Positions 18,474 to 25,936 of a DNA stretch of 64,000 bases are shown here, one piece after another. Where the stretch lies: NCBI GenBank assembly GCA_019307135.1, contig JAFDKF010000028.1, positions 3,535 to 67,534 on the forward strand, given 5' to 3'. The translations under genes and the position numbers were made by a program. The DNA is from Deltaproteobacteria bacterium (GTDB lineage Bacteria > Desulfobacterota > Desulfobacteria > Desulfobacterales > C00003060). The notes under the pieces were generated by a model. It ran no database searches. It saw only the letters and a program-made list of their open reading frames with translations, and was not told the origin of the DNA. Within the stretch, counting starts at the first letter, position 1. The number at the start of each line of letters is the position of its first letter.

Positions 18474-19070
18474 TTTTCCGAGACGTTTATTTTCCGGTTC
18501 TTCGAGTTTTTCCAGAAGGTCGTCAATAGTGCCGCTGCTAAGGACCTGGTTAAATTGCGACCGGTAGGTTGTGATAAGGCTGACACCCTCGATCTCTATA
18601 TCATAGATCTTCCAGTTATGTTTTGATTTATATAGCTTGTATAACATGGATATTTTGTTGTCTTTTGAGATGAGGTCGGTTGGGATGTGAATTTTTTTCT
18701 TGACCTGAACAGGCGCATTATAGACGATCTTTTCATCTGTATAATTATAACGGGTCAGTTTTTCGAGATATGACTCCTTCAAACGTTTGATAAAAAGCTC
18801 CTTAAATCTCTCCTTCTTCTCTTTGGCCAGGCCGGGCCAGTACTTTCTCCCCAAAGTCAGCTTAGCCATTAGGGAAAAATCAAAGATTGGCGTAACGATT
18901 TCGATGATTGCTTTTTTCTTTGCTTCTATTTCAAGTTCTTTTTTTTGCAAGACCGAAATCACGGCCTCGAGCTTGCTTCTTAATGTCTCCTCGGCAGCAC
19001 TTTTATCATCCGCTATGACCGTCTGGCTCAACATCAGCAAGCTCAAAACAGCATACAGCAGGCTTTTCAT
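18459..19070 (-). CDS. mlaC: MlaC/Ttg2D-family periplasmic lipid-binding protein
   Basis: Signal peptide MKSLLYAVLSLLMLSQTVIA, then FDFSLMAKLTLGRKYW, F..LFIKRLKESY and WKIYDIEIEGVSLITTYRSQF match the MlaC pattern. The last 7 codons and the stop lie in a repeat element. Confidence 0.75.
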   Translation of the reverse strand: MKSLLYAVLSLLMLSQTVIADDKSAAEETLRSKLEAVISVLQKKELEIEAKKKAIIEIVTPIFDFSLMAKLTLGRKYWPGLAKEKKERFKELFIKRLKESYLEKLTRYNYTDEKIVYNAPVQVKKKIHIPTDLISKDNKISMLYKLYKSKHNWKIYDIEIEGVSLITTYRSQFNQVLSSGTIDDLLEKLEEPENKRLGKVTSQ

Positions 19071-19200
19071 AATTCATTCCTTTTTTTGCATATTGCGTCT
19101 TGCTCATATGCATTCCAACGGGACTCATTTTATGTCCCTCTGTACCAAGAACCCTGCTAATGTCATAAATAGAGAGGTTTTCTTTGCGCAATGCGATGAC

Positions 19201-19248
19201 GGGTTCACGGTTCAGAGGTTCAGGGTTCACCGAAAATCTGAACCGTTG
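19201..19248. repeat. GTTCAC-word hairpin fragment
   Basis: gggttcacggttcagaggttcagggttcaccgaaaatctgaaccg. Confidence 0.5.
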
Positions 19249-19274
19249 ATTCGCAAGTTCTGACTGGAGAAGGC

Positions 19275-19340
19275 ATGAGAATAGATCGATTTGAGGATAT
19301 TGAGGCATGGCAGTTGGCCCGGGAGCTAACTCGCAAGGTC
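19275..19340 (+). pseudogene. remnant of a four-helix-bundle (23S rRNA intervening-sequence type) protein gene
   Basis: ATG 19275 reads MRIDRFEDIEAWQLARELTRKV, the conserved N-terminus of that family. The frame then runs straight into a GTTCAC-word repeat and stops. Confidence 0.5.
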
Positions 19341-19581
19341 GTAACCATTCACGGGTTCAATGGTTCAGGGGTTCAGGGTTCACCGAACAAATGTTGAGAG
19401 CTGACCCCTTGTCACCGCCCGGTTGATGATTGAAAAAACAATCGACAATCGACAACCCCTGGCCCAGACCTGATTTACGGAGGCAGCAGCCTCTTCCAAT
19501 CAAGTCGCACCAGGGCGGGCGTAAATCGACAATCAAAAAAGGTAACCCTGAACGGTGAACTCTGAACCTGTGAACGCCTAC
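19341..19581. repeat. GTTCAC-family palindromic element (241 bp)
   Basis: Ends are gtaaccattcacgggttca.. and ..ctgaacctgtgaacgcctac. The interior holds caatcgacaatcgacaacc and aatcgacaatc words. Confidence 0.65.
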
Positions 19582-19668
19582 TTGATAGTTAAGCAAGGGG
19601 ATAAGTAGGCTTAAATTAGGAGAAAGGGTTGCTGCTTCGCATTCGGCAAGACCTGGATCGGCATCTTT

Positions 19669-20439
19669 TCAGTATCCAATATTTTCATGGTTCCCTTTCT
19701 TCCAGAAGATGTTTTTTTCAATAATCGCTCCATTGCTCATTGTATAGCATGAGGTGGAGCCCGAGATTCTTTTTGAAAGATAGGTGGAGTATTTATCGCT
19801 GAATTTAATTCTTTCGTCTAAAGCCTCTGAATAGACACCGGCCAGCCCGAGTATAAGCTCGCACACTTCCCTCACCGCATATTCATCCCCGACATGGGCG
19901 CAGATATAGTCGCAGAGATGGTTTTCTCTGACATAGCGCTCAAAAAGGGGGCTCGCCGTTCTCCTGACAAGGAACCTGAGGCCGCAGGCAGCGGCGATAG
20001 AAAGATCAAGCGCGTCATCAAAGACAAAGGCTATCCGGTCACGGGTAATCTCATATATACTTTCGATATGGTTGACGGCTTCGATCTTATTGGGCAGGCT
20101 GTAATACACAAACTGGAAGTGTTCTCTTCTGGAAAGCTCAAACGCAGACTTATTGTTCTGGCCCGTGATAATGCCAAACAAAGGAAGTTCATCGGACTTC
20201 AGCCAGTGGCCAAACCTGAGCAGGTTGGTCCCCATTGAATCAGGCTCAGCATATGCGCTGTGCGTGCCCTCCCCTTTTACGCCGGCATTAAACACACCGT
20301 CCCAGTCAAAAAGGTATACTTTTATGTTTTTAAGCTTTTCCGCTATCTGCGAAGCAGGTGTGATGAACTCGCCCCCGGCTTCTGAAAAAACCTTTTCAAC
20401 ACTTTCTGAAGATGTATTCACCTGGGTTGAGCGGTTCAA
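19669..20439 (-). CDS. HAD-superfamily phosphatase, divergent KdsC (Kdo-8-P phosphatase)-like
   Basis: Collinear with KdsC blocks: LFDWDGV (DxDGV), IITGQ, PNK, FDDALD, AVREVCELILGLAG. About 45 aa N-terminal and 50 aa C-terminal extensions. Start is TTG 20439 or GTG 20421. Confidence 0.6.
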   Translation of the reverse strand: MNRSTQVNTSSESVEKVFSEAGGEFITPASQIAEKLKNIKVYLFDWDGVFNAGVKGEGTHSAYAEPDSMGTNLLRFGHWLKSDELPLFGIITGQNNKSAFELSRREHFQFVYYSLPNKIEAVNHIESIYEITRDRIAFVFDDALDLSIAAACGLRFLVRRTASPLFERYVRENHLCDYICAHVGDEYAVREVCELILGLAGVYSEALDERIKFSDKYSTYLSKRISGSTSCYTMSNGAIIEKNIFWKKGNHENIGY

Positions 20440-20621
20440 CGTTCACAGTTCCCGGTTGAAGAGCCCTAACTGCTGTTAGCAAGAGGATAACGCGTCAATA
20501 GGGACGAATGTTATGTTTCACCCAATGGCTGAAAGAGGCTAATCTGAGCATTCTGTTATAAAGCTAAGCATATCAATAGATTATAACCTTTGAACCTTGA
20601 ACCCTGAACCTGGAACCGATC
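20425..20621. repeat. GTTCAC-word inverted arms around a ~125-bp interior
   Basis: Left arm ggttgagcggttcaacgttcacagttcccggttgaag, right arm cctttgaaccttgaaccctgaacctggaaccgatc. Confidence 0.5.
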
Positions 20622-20634
20622 ACTTTAGTATTCA

Positions 20635-21660
20635 TCAAGAGAGCAGGTCCTGTTTTATAAGGTCCTGGACATCTATCATTCCGATGAATTCATCATTGTC
20701 CAGAACAATGATATTATCGACCTGCCTGTCCTTGAAAATCTTTACAGCTTGGTACAGGAGCTCGTCTCCGCTAACCGTGAGCGGGGGATTATATGAAAAA
20801 TCGGACATCTTTTTGTTCATAAAGGATTCTGGATCGCGATTGAGCTGTCTTCTTAAGTCGCCGTCAGTAAAAATACCGGTAACCCTGCCGCTGTTATCAA
20901 GCACGGCAACAGCCCCCAGCCTGGAATCGGTCATCTGGACCATTGCGTCGAACACGGTATCCTTCAAGCGAACCGCGGGTTTTGCTTCTCTTATGATTTC
21001 TTTCACGCGCGTGGTCATGAGCTGCGTGTGTATCTCAAACTCCCTGATCCCGACCGTTGTGAAACTGTTTTCAGTAAGCTGTTTCATGACCTTCCAGGGA
21101 ACCGTGCAGGTATGGACGCCAATGTTTATGGCGTTCCGGACATGCTCCGGGTGCCGGACGGATGAAAACATGATTTTTGTATCATAGCCGTAAAATTCAA
21201 CAGCCTCCACGCACTGCTCTATCAAGGCAAGGGCGTCATGTCCTTCATCCTGAAGGCGTCCGACCAGGGGACAGACATAATCAGCGCCAGCGGCCATTGC
21301 CATATATGCCTGCTGGAGTGTGTACACCAGATGGACATTCACTCTCATCCCTTCATCTTTCATTTGCTTGCACGCCCTGACGCCTTCCAGGGAAACAGGG
21401 GTTTTAAAAACCGTTTTTCCCTTATCCAGCCCCAGTCCTATAAGACGGTGAGCCTCCTTCACGATCTCTTCACTGGTATCGCCCAGCGCTTCAATCTGCA
21501 GTACAGGAACTATCTTGGACAGTCTTACGATTGTGCCGTCAACATCGGTAATGCCGTGACGATGCATGAAAGTAGGTGTTGTTGTCAGGCCGGCCAGAAA
21601 ACCGAGTTTAAACGCCTCTTCAATCTCCTTTATGTCTGCTGAATCTAAATAAAGTTCCAT
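20635..21660 (-). CDS. fructose-6-phosphate aldolase/transaldolase (TalC/FSA)-type TIM barrel fused to a KdsD-type CBS pair
   Basis: aa 1-215 read MELYLDSADIKEI..GLTTTPT..TVFKTPVS (Schiff-base Lys position)..GADYVCPLVGR, collinear with E. coli FsaA. aa 225-341 form two CBS motifs containing GIFTDGDLRR, the KdsD/GutQ C-terminal signature. Confidence 0.8.
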   Translation of the reverse strand: MELYLDSADIKEIEEAFKLGFLAGLTTTPTFMHRHGITDVDGTIVRLSKIVPVLQIEALGDTSEEIVKEAHRLIGLGLDKGKTVFKTPVSLEGVRACKQMKDEGMRVNVHLVYTLQQAYMAMAAGADYVCPLVGRLQDEGHDALALIEQCVEAVEFYGYDTKIMFSSVRHPEHVRNAINIGVHTCTVPWKVMKQLTENSFTTVGIREFEIHTQLMTTRVKEIIREAKPAVRLKDTVFDAMVQMTDSRLGAVAVLDNSGRVTGIFTDGDLRRQLNRDPESFMNKKMSDFSYNPPLTVSGDELLYQAVKIFKDRQVDNIIVLDNDEFIGMIDVQDLIKQDLLS

Positions 21661-21731
21661 GGTAAAAATTCTCTTTCCTTTTGGTTTATTCCTGAAGGTT
21701 TCTTAAAAGTCATAAAATATTTACGGGTTAA

Positions 21732-22568
21732 TCATCTCCTCTGTTTAACTTCTATTTCATGAATATCCAGTAAAGGCCTTACAAAATCTTCCACGTCATA
21801 AACGTTGAGCATGCTTGACGCGTCACACAGCGCTTTTTCAGGCTCGGGGTGCGCTTCAATAAAGATGCCGTCCACGCCCGCGGCAACCCCTGCCCGCGAA
21901 AGGGTCGGCAGGAATTCCCTTGAGCCGCCCCTCGGATCCGCGCTTGGTATGCCGTATCTGCGCACGGAATGGGTAATGTCAAAGATCACCGGGAAACCGG
22001 TCTGGTTCAGGTGATAAAAACTCCTTGGATCAACAATAAGGTCGTTGTATCCGAAGGTGTAGCCCCTTTCAGTAAGGAGTATCCGGTCGTTCCCGAAATC
22101 GATGGCTTTCTGTGCCGGCTTCATCATATTGTCAGGCGCAAGGAACTGCCCGTGTTTTATATTGATCACCTTCCCTGTTTTCGCGGCAGCCTCGATCAGG
22201 GACGTCTGCATGCACAGGTAGGCAGGGATCTGGATAACATCCAGCACCTCCGCTGCCGCCGGGACCTGTTCCGAAAAGTGCACGTCGGATATAACCGGGA
22301 GGTCAAACTCTTTTTTTATCCTGCCAAGCAGTTTCAACCCCTCCTCAAAACCAGGCCCCCTGTAATTCTGTGAGGTGCTCCTGTTGTCTTTTTCAGCCGA
22401 AGACTTGTAAATAAGGGGAAGGTCCAGCCGTTCACAGGTCTCCTTCAAAACTTCCGCTGTCTTCATCATCAGGCTCTCTTCTTCAACAACACAGGGGCCT
22501 GCAATGAGGAAAAGCTTTTCACTGCCGCAACTGATATTTTTAACCTGTACGATCTTTTTGCGCTTCAT
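21732..22568 (-). CDS. kdsA: 3-deoxy-8-phosphooctulonate (Kdo-8-P) synthase
   Basis: LIAGPCVVE, YKSSAEKDNRSS-like, DVHF, IPAYLCMQT, FDITHS and GIFIEAHPEP form the KdsA pattern. Confidence 0.9.
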   Translation of the reverse strand: MKRKKIVQVKNISCGSEKLFLIAGPCVVEEESLMMKTAEVLKETCERLDLPLIYKSSAEKDNRSTSQNYRGPGFEEGLKLLGRIKKEFDLPVISDVHFSEQVPAAAEVLDVIQIPAYLCMQTSLIEAAAKTGKVINIKHGQFLAPDNMMKPAQKAIDFGNDRILLTERGYTFGYNDLIVDPRSFYHLNQTGFPVIFDITHSVRRYGIPSADPRGGSREFLPTLSRAGVAAGVDGIFIEAHPEPEKALCDASSMLNVYDVEDFVRPLLDIHEIEVKQRR

Positions 22569-22573
22569 CTATC

Positions 22574-22714
22574 GTAACCGTTCACGGGTTCAGAGGTTCA
22601 GTTAAAAGAATAGAGGTCAGAGATCAGAGGTCGGAGGTCTGGCTTCTGATCTCTGACTTCTGAACTCTGATCTCTGACTTCTGAACGGTGAACTCTGAAC
22701 CTGTGAACGCCTAC
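22574..22714. repeat. GTTCAC-family palindromic element (141 bp), nested arms
   Basis: Outer arms gtaaccgttcacgggttcagaggttcag / ctgaacggtgaactctgaacctgtgaacgcctac. Inner arms gaggtcagagatcagaggtcggaggtc / gatctctgacttctgaactctgatctctgacttc. The element starts 6 nt from the kdsA ATG. Confidence 0.75.
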
Positions 22715-22751
22715 CCGGATTTATATGTAACAAAAGAAACTGTTGACGCGG

Positions 22752-22780
22752 AGTATGTCCCAAGGCTTACAGGGTGTCAA
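22752..22780 (-). promoter_or_regulatory. candidate sigma70-like promoter upstream of the kdsA hairpin element
   Basis: The minus strand reads TTGACA-17 nt-CATACT. The transcript would carry the 141-nt palindrome as its 5' leader. Confidence 0.3.
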
Positions 22781-22836
22781 GTTAATTGTGAATACTGCAT
22801 GTTGCACTGTTTTATGATGATAAATACCGGCTCGAT

Positions 22837-23595
22837 TTACTCATAAAAGGAACGATTTGCCCTGATAATTTTTTCTACTTCCGGAATATCTTCCGGTCTG
22901 TCAACCCCGATACTTTTGTATTCAGTTTTTACTATATGAATCGGTATCCCGTTTTCAAGAAGGCGGAGTTGCTCGAGCTTTTCCGTCTGCTCCAGATATC
23001 CGGGCCCCAGTTCCACGAATTTTTTAAGGGTTCTCATCCGGAACGCGTAAATCCCGATGTGCAGAAAAAATTCCACTTTTTTATTGTCCCGCGGATACGG
23101 TATTGGGGACCGTGAGAAGTATAACGCCCTGAGATTGTTGTCAAAAACAACCTTGACGCGATCAGCGCTGTCTTTTTCACCCTGTGTGATCCTCCTTACA
23201 GGCGTTGTCACCTGCACAGCAGGATCGGAAAACGGCTGGATTAACCTTGTCAGCACATGCGGATCAAGCGCGGGTTCATCCCCCTGGATATTTATGACAA
23301 CATCATCTTCCTGAATAACATCAAGCCCTTCAGCGGCTTCAAGCACACGGTCGGATCCGCTCGGGTGGTCAGGGCTTGTCATTACCGTATCAACATCATT
23401 GGACTTTGCGTCGTTAAAAATCTTTTCGCTGTCGGTTGCAAGCACAACGCGTTGTAATATTTGACATTTTTTTGCCTGATTATAAACACGCCAGTACATT
23501 TTTCTGCCTTCGATTGCAGCGAGCGGCTTACCCTCAAAACGTGTTGAGCCGTAGCGGCACGGTATAATACCGTAGCAGGATGGAAGTTCAGTCAT
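22837..23595 (-). CDS. kdsB: 3-deoxy-manno-octulosonate cytidylyltransferase (CMP-Kdo synthetase)
   Basis: ORF 22837..23628 trimmed to ATG 23595. IIPCRYGSTRFEGKPL, ATDS, VINIQGDEP and LEQLRLLENG. Confidence 0.9.
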   Translation of the reverse strand: MTELPSCYGIIPCRYGSTRFEGKPLAAIEGRKMYWRVYNQAKKCQILQRVVLATDSEKIFNDAKSNDVDTVMTSPDHPSGSDRVLEAAEGLDVIQEDDVVINIQGDEPALDPHVLTRLIQPFSDPAVQVTTPVRRITQGEKDSADRVKVVFDNNLRALYFSRSPIPYPRDNKKVEFFLHIGIYAFRMRTLKKFVELGPGYLEQTEKLEQLRLLENGIPIHIVKTEYKSIGVDRPEDIPEVEKIIRANRSFYE

Positions 23596-23614
23596 GGTTT
23601 TACCTAAAGTGATC

Positions 23615-23712
23615 GGTTCAAGGTTCACGGTTCACGGTTCACGGTTCACGGTTCACGGTTTTAACCTCTGAACGTTGAACCGTTGAACCTTGAACCGTTG
23701 AACCGCTCAACC
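23615..23712. repeat. heptamer array (GGTTCAC)x5 paired with GTTGAAC-word arm
   Basis: ggttcaaggttcacggttcacggttcacggttcacggttcacgg tttta acctctgaacgttgaaccgttgaaccttgaaccgttgaaccg. Confidence 0.75.
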
Positions 23713-25003
23713 TAGATTTTACTCGTTTGTTCAGGTATTCGGTTATAAGCCCACACGCCCGGGCCGTCCCCCCCTGACGCGTTTTAACGTACTTAAGCGC
23801 GGCCTCTTGTACTTTTTTACGGTCAGGCGGCTGCTCTATCTCCCGGGCAAGCGTGTCCGCTGCCTCCTTCCAGTCAGAAACTTCACGGAGCAAACCCTGT
23901 TCCACTATTTCCAGGCCTACCCAGGAAAAGCTTTCCCAGTACCGGCCGATCACAGGTATTACTCCGCATAGCAGTGCTTCAAGAAAGTTCTGGCCGCCGA
24001 GCGGAGCAAGTGAACCTCCGACAAAAATAGCCGCGGCCAGCTGGTAGGCCATGGTCAATTCGCCAAATGTATCCCAGAGGATCACAGAACCTTTTTGAAC
24101 AGGTGGCCCTGTTTTTGACCGGAGCAACCACGGTATTTTAAGACGGTCAAGTGTCTTTGCCCACACCCCGATCCTGTGCATATGGCGTGGGAACAGCCCG
24201 ATTACTGTTTCAGGATGCCGGCCCGAGATGTCCGCAATGATCTTTTCAATGTCATCCTCTTCTTCCTGCCGGACAGAGCCCAGGACAAGAAACGGCGCGT
24301 CCGCCGGGATGATCTGCTTTACCCTGTTCTCCCCCGCGGGCGTATTCACGCTGTCTGCCGCCCGGTCGAATTTAATGTTCGGCATTGCACTGACCCTCTC
24401 TCTGCCGAATATCGCGGCAAACCGGTTTGCGTCATCTTCAGACACGGCAAGAATCCTGTCAGGGCTAAGTGAACGCGTAAGGGACGGCCATACCGTGTAT
24501 CTTTTTACATATTTTTCAGTAAGCCTGCCGTTTATGACACATATTTTACAGCCGCTTTTTTTCAGGGCTGACAGATGGCCGGGCCAGATTTCCGTCTCAA
24601 GAAGGACCATAAGCCGGGGCTGTATTTTCCGGACAGCTTTTTCCATAATTGAGGGACGGTCAAAAGGGAAATAGGCGGTTTCCGCTGTAATGCCCCTTGT
24701 GTTTGGCGTAATGTCACTGACAGCCTTTTCCAGTATTCCCATCCCCTGGACCGTGTTTGTTGTCAGGACAATTTTTACAGGATTTTCAGGATACAATGTT
24801 TTTAAAATCGACCATGCCAGGAAGGATTCGCCGACAGAGGCGGCCTGGATCCACAGGTCCGCAGGTCCGGATATTTCCCTTTTAAGAACCCGCTGGTCAA
24901 AACCGTCCGCAAGCCGTCTGTTTAACCTTAAAGCGGGGATGACAAGTCTCCATAAGAAATCATACAGAAGAAATGCGGTTTTTTCGGTTATTCCTGAAGG
25001 CAC
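23639..25003 (-). CDS. waaA: Kdo transferase
   Basis: WIQAASVGE, a GT30 Kdo-transferase N-domain and FVGGSLAPLGGQN. GTG start. The last ~25 codons (SRLSGSTVQGSTVQRSEVKTVNREP) are encoded by a heptamer repeat. Confidence 0.9.
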   Translation of the reverse strand: MPSGITEKTAFLLYDFLWRLVIPALRLNRRLADGFDQRVLKREISGPADLWIQAASVGESFLAWSILKTLYPENPVKIVLTTNTVQGMGILEKAVSDITPNTRGITAETAYFPFDRPSIMEKAVRKIQPRLMVLLETEIWPGHLSALKKSGCKICVINGRLTEKYVKRYTVWPSLTRSLSPDRILAVSEDDANRFAAIFGRERVSAMPNIKFDRAADSVNTPAGENRVKQIIPADAPFLVLGSVRQEEEDDIEKIIADISGRHPETVIGLFPRHMHRIGVWAKTLDRLKIPWLLRSKTGPPVQKGSVILWDTFGELTMAYQLAAAIFVGGSLAPLGGQNFLEALLCGVIPVIGRYWESFSWVGLEIVEQGLLREVSDWKEAADTLAREIEQPPDRKKVQEAALKYVKTRQGGTARACGLITEYLNKRVKSRLSGSTVQGSTVQRSEVKTVNREP

Positions 25004-25032
25004 GTATCAGGTTCCTCAAGCTTAATATAAGC

Positions 25033-25237
25033 GTAGGCGTTCACAGGTTCAGAGTTCACCGTTTCAGCCGTCGTAGCCTGCCGACTTCGCCATAGTAGCC
25101 ATAGGCTACGACGGCTGAAACGGCTACTATGGCGAAGTCGGCTCAGGGTTATCTTTCTTTCGTTAACCTTGCTTGTAGGACGGTTCAGATTTCGGTGAAC
25201 CCTGAACCTCTGAACCATTGAACCAATGAACGCTTAC
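25033..25237. repeat. GTTCAC-family palindromic element (205 bp) with interleaved-stem core
   Basis: Ends gtaggcgttcacaggttcagagttcaccg / cggtgaaccctgaacctctgaaccattgaaccaatgaacgcttac. For the core see the finding at 25064-25142. Confidence 0.7.
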
Positions 25238-25238
25238 C

Positions 25239-25829
25239 TCAAGACGTGAAATAAATAAAGGTGAAGAAATAGAACACTGCGAAAGATATGAGCACTGCTA
25301 TCAGGTTCCAGTGTCCATTGTTTTGCAAAAGAATGTTCCATCTGAAAAACCATAATAATTTCCAGTCAACCCGCTTAAAGGACGGCACGAACCGGTTTAC
25401 ATTTAGGCAATAATTTTCATATGCTTGCCCAAACAGTATCCGTAACTTTCTTTCCTCGCGTTTTACGCGGTTCACCATATAAAAATAATACAGCACAACA
25501 AAAACAAGGATTACCCAAACATTTCCGGTAAGGAGCAAGTAACCTAGTAATAGAAAAAAACGGCCGATGTACATCGGGTTTCTCATCAACATATAAAGCC
25601 CTTTAACGGCGAGTGTTCTATTTTTCTCCAGAGAAGCGAAGCACCAAAGCTGGATCAATTCACCGAATAGGCTCATAACAAGTCCCACGAAAAACCAAGA
25701 TGACTTTATTTGTGGGATCAAAATTATGAAGAAAACCAAAAAAATCGGATACCGAAGTTTTAACAGGGCCGATCTTAATACCTTATTGTTGAAAATTTCA
25801 TGGGTTCGATTCACTATATTATCGAGCAT
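25239..25829 (-). CDS. ICMT/Ste14/PEMT-family membrane methyltransferase
   Basis: 5-6 TM helices and the C-terminal motif GLYMLMRNPMYIGRFFLLLGY..EERKL, typical of isoprenylcysteine carboxyl methyltransferase-like enzymes. Confidence 0.75.
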   Translation of the reverse strand: MLDNIVNRTHEIFNNKVLRSALLKLRYPIFLVFFIILIPQIKSSWFFVGLVMSLFGELIQLWCFASLEKNRTLAVKGLYMLMRNPMYIGRFFLLLGYLLLTGNVWVILVFVVLYYFYMVNRVKREERKLRILFGQAYENYCLNVNRFVPSFKRVDWKLLWFFRWNILLQNNGHWNLIAVLISFAVFYFFTFIYFTS

Positions 25830-25936
25830 GTTACCTTCCTTCGGAACTTAGGGGCTTCGCCCCAATTGGAGTATTGGAGTACTGGAGTGATGGATTTACA
25901 TGACAGCAATATATTCCCATCAAATAGGCCATTATT

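Noticed and set aside
19081-19200. Minus-strand peptide IALRKENLSIYDISRVLGTEG resembling a transposase or resolvase helix-turn-helix remnant upstream of mlaC.
   Set aside because: Only about 20 residues of weak resemblance with no flanking transposase-like sequence. I cannot distinguish it from chance.
23615-23712. Slipped-strand phase variation of LPS genes through the heptamer arrays, as in Haemophilus/Neisseria LPS loci.
   Set aside because: The out-of-frame-capable 7-nt arrays lie after the conserved protein body or in spacers. The arrays at start codons are 9-nt (in frame). A classic ON/OFF frameshift switch is therefore not supported, though length polymorphism remains worth checking.
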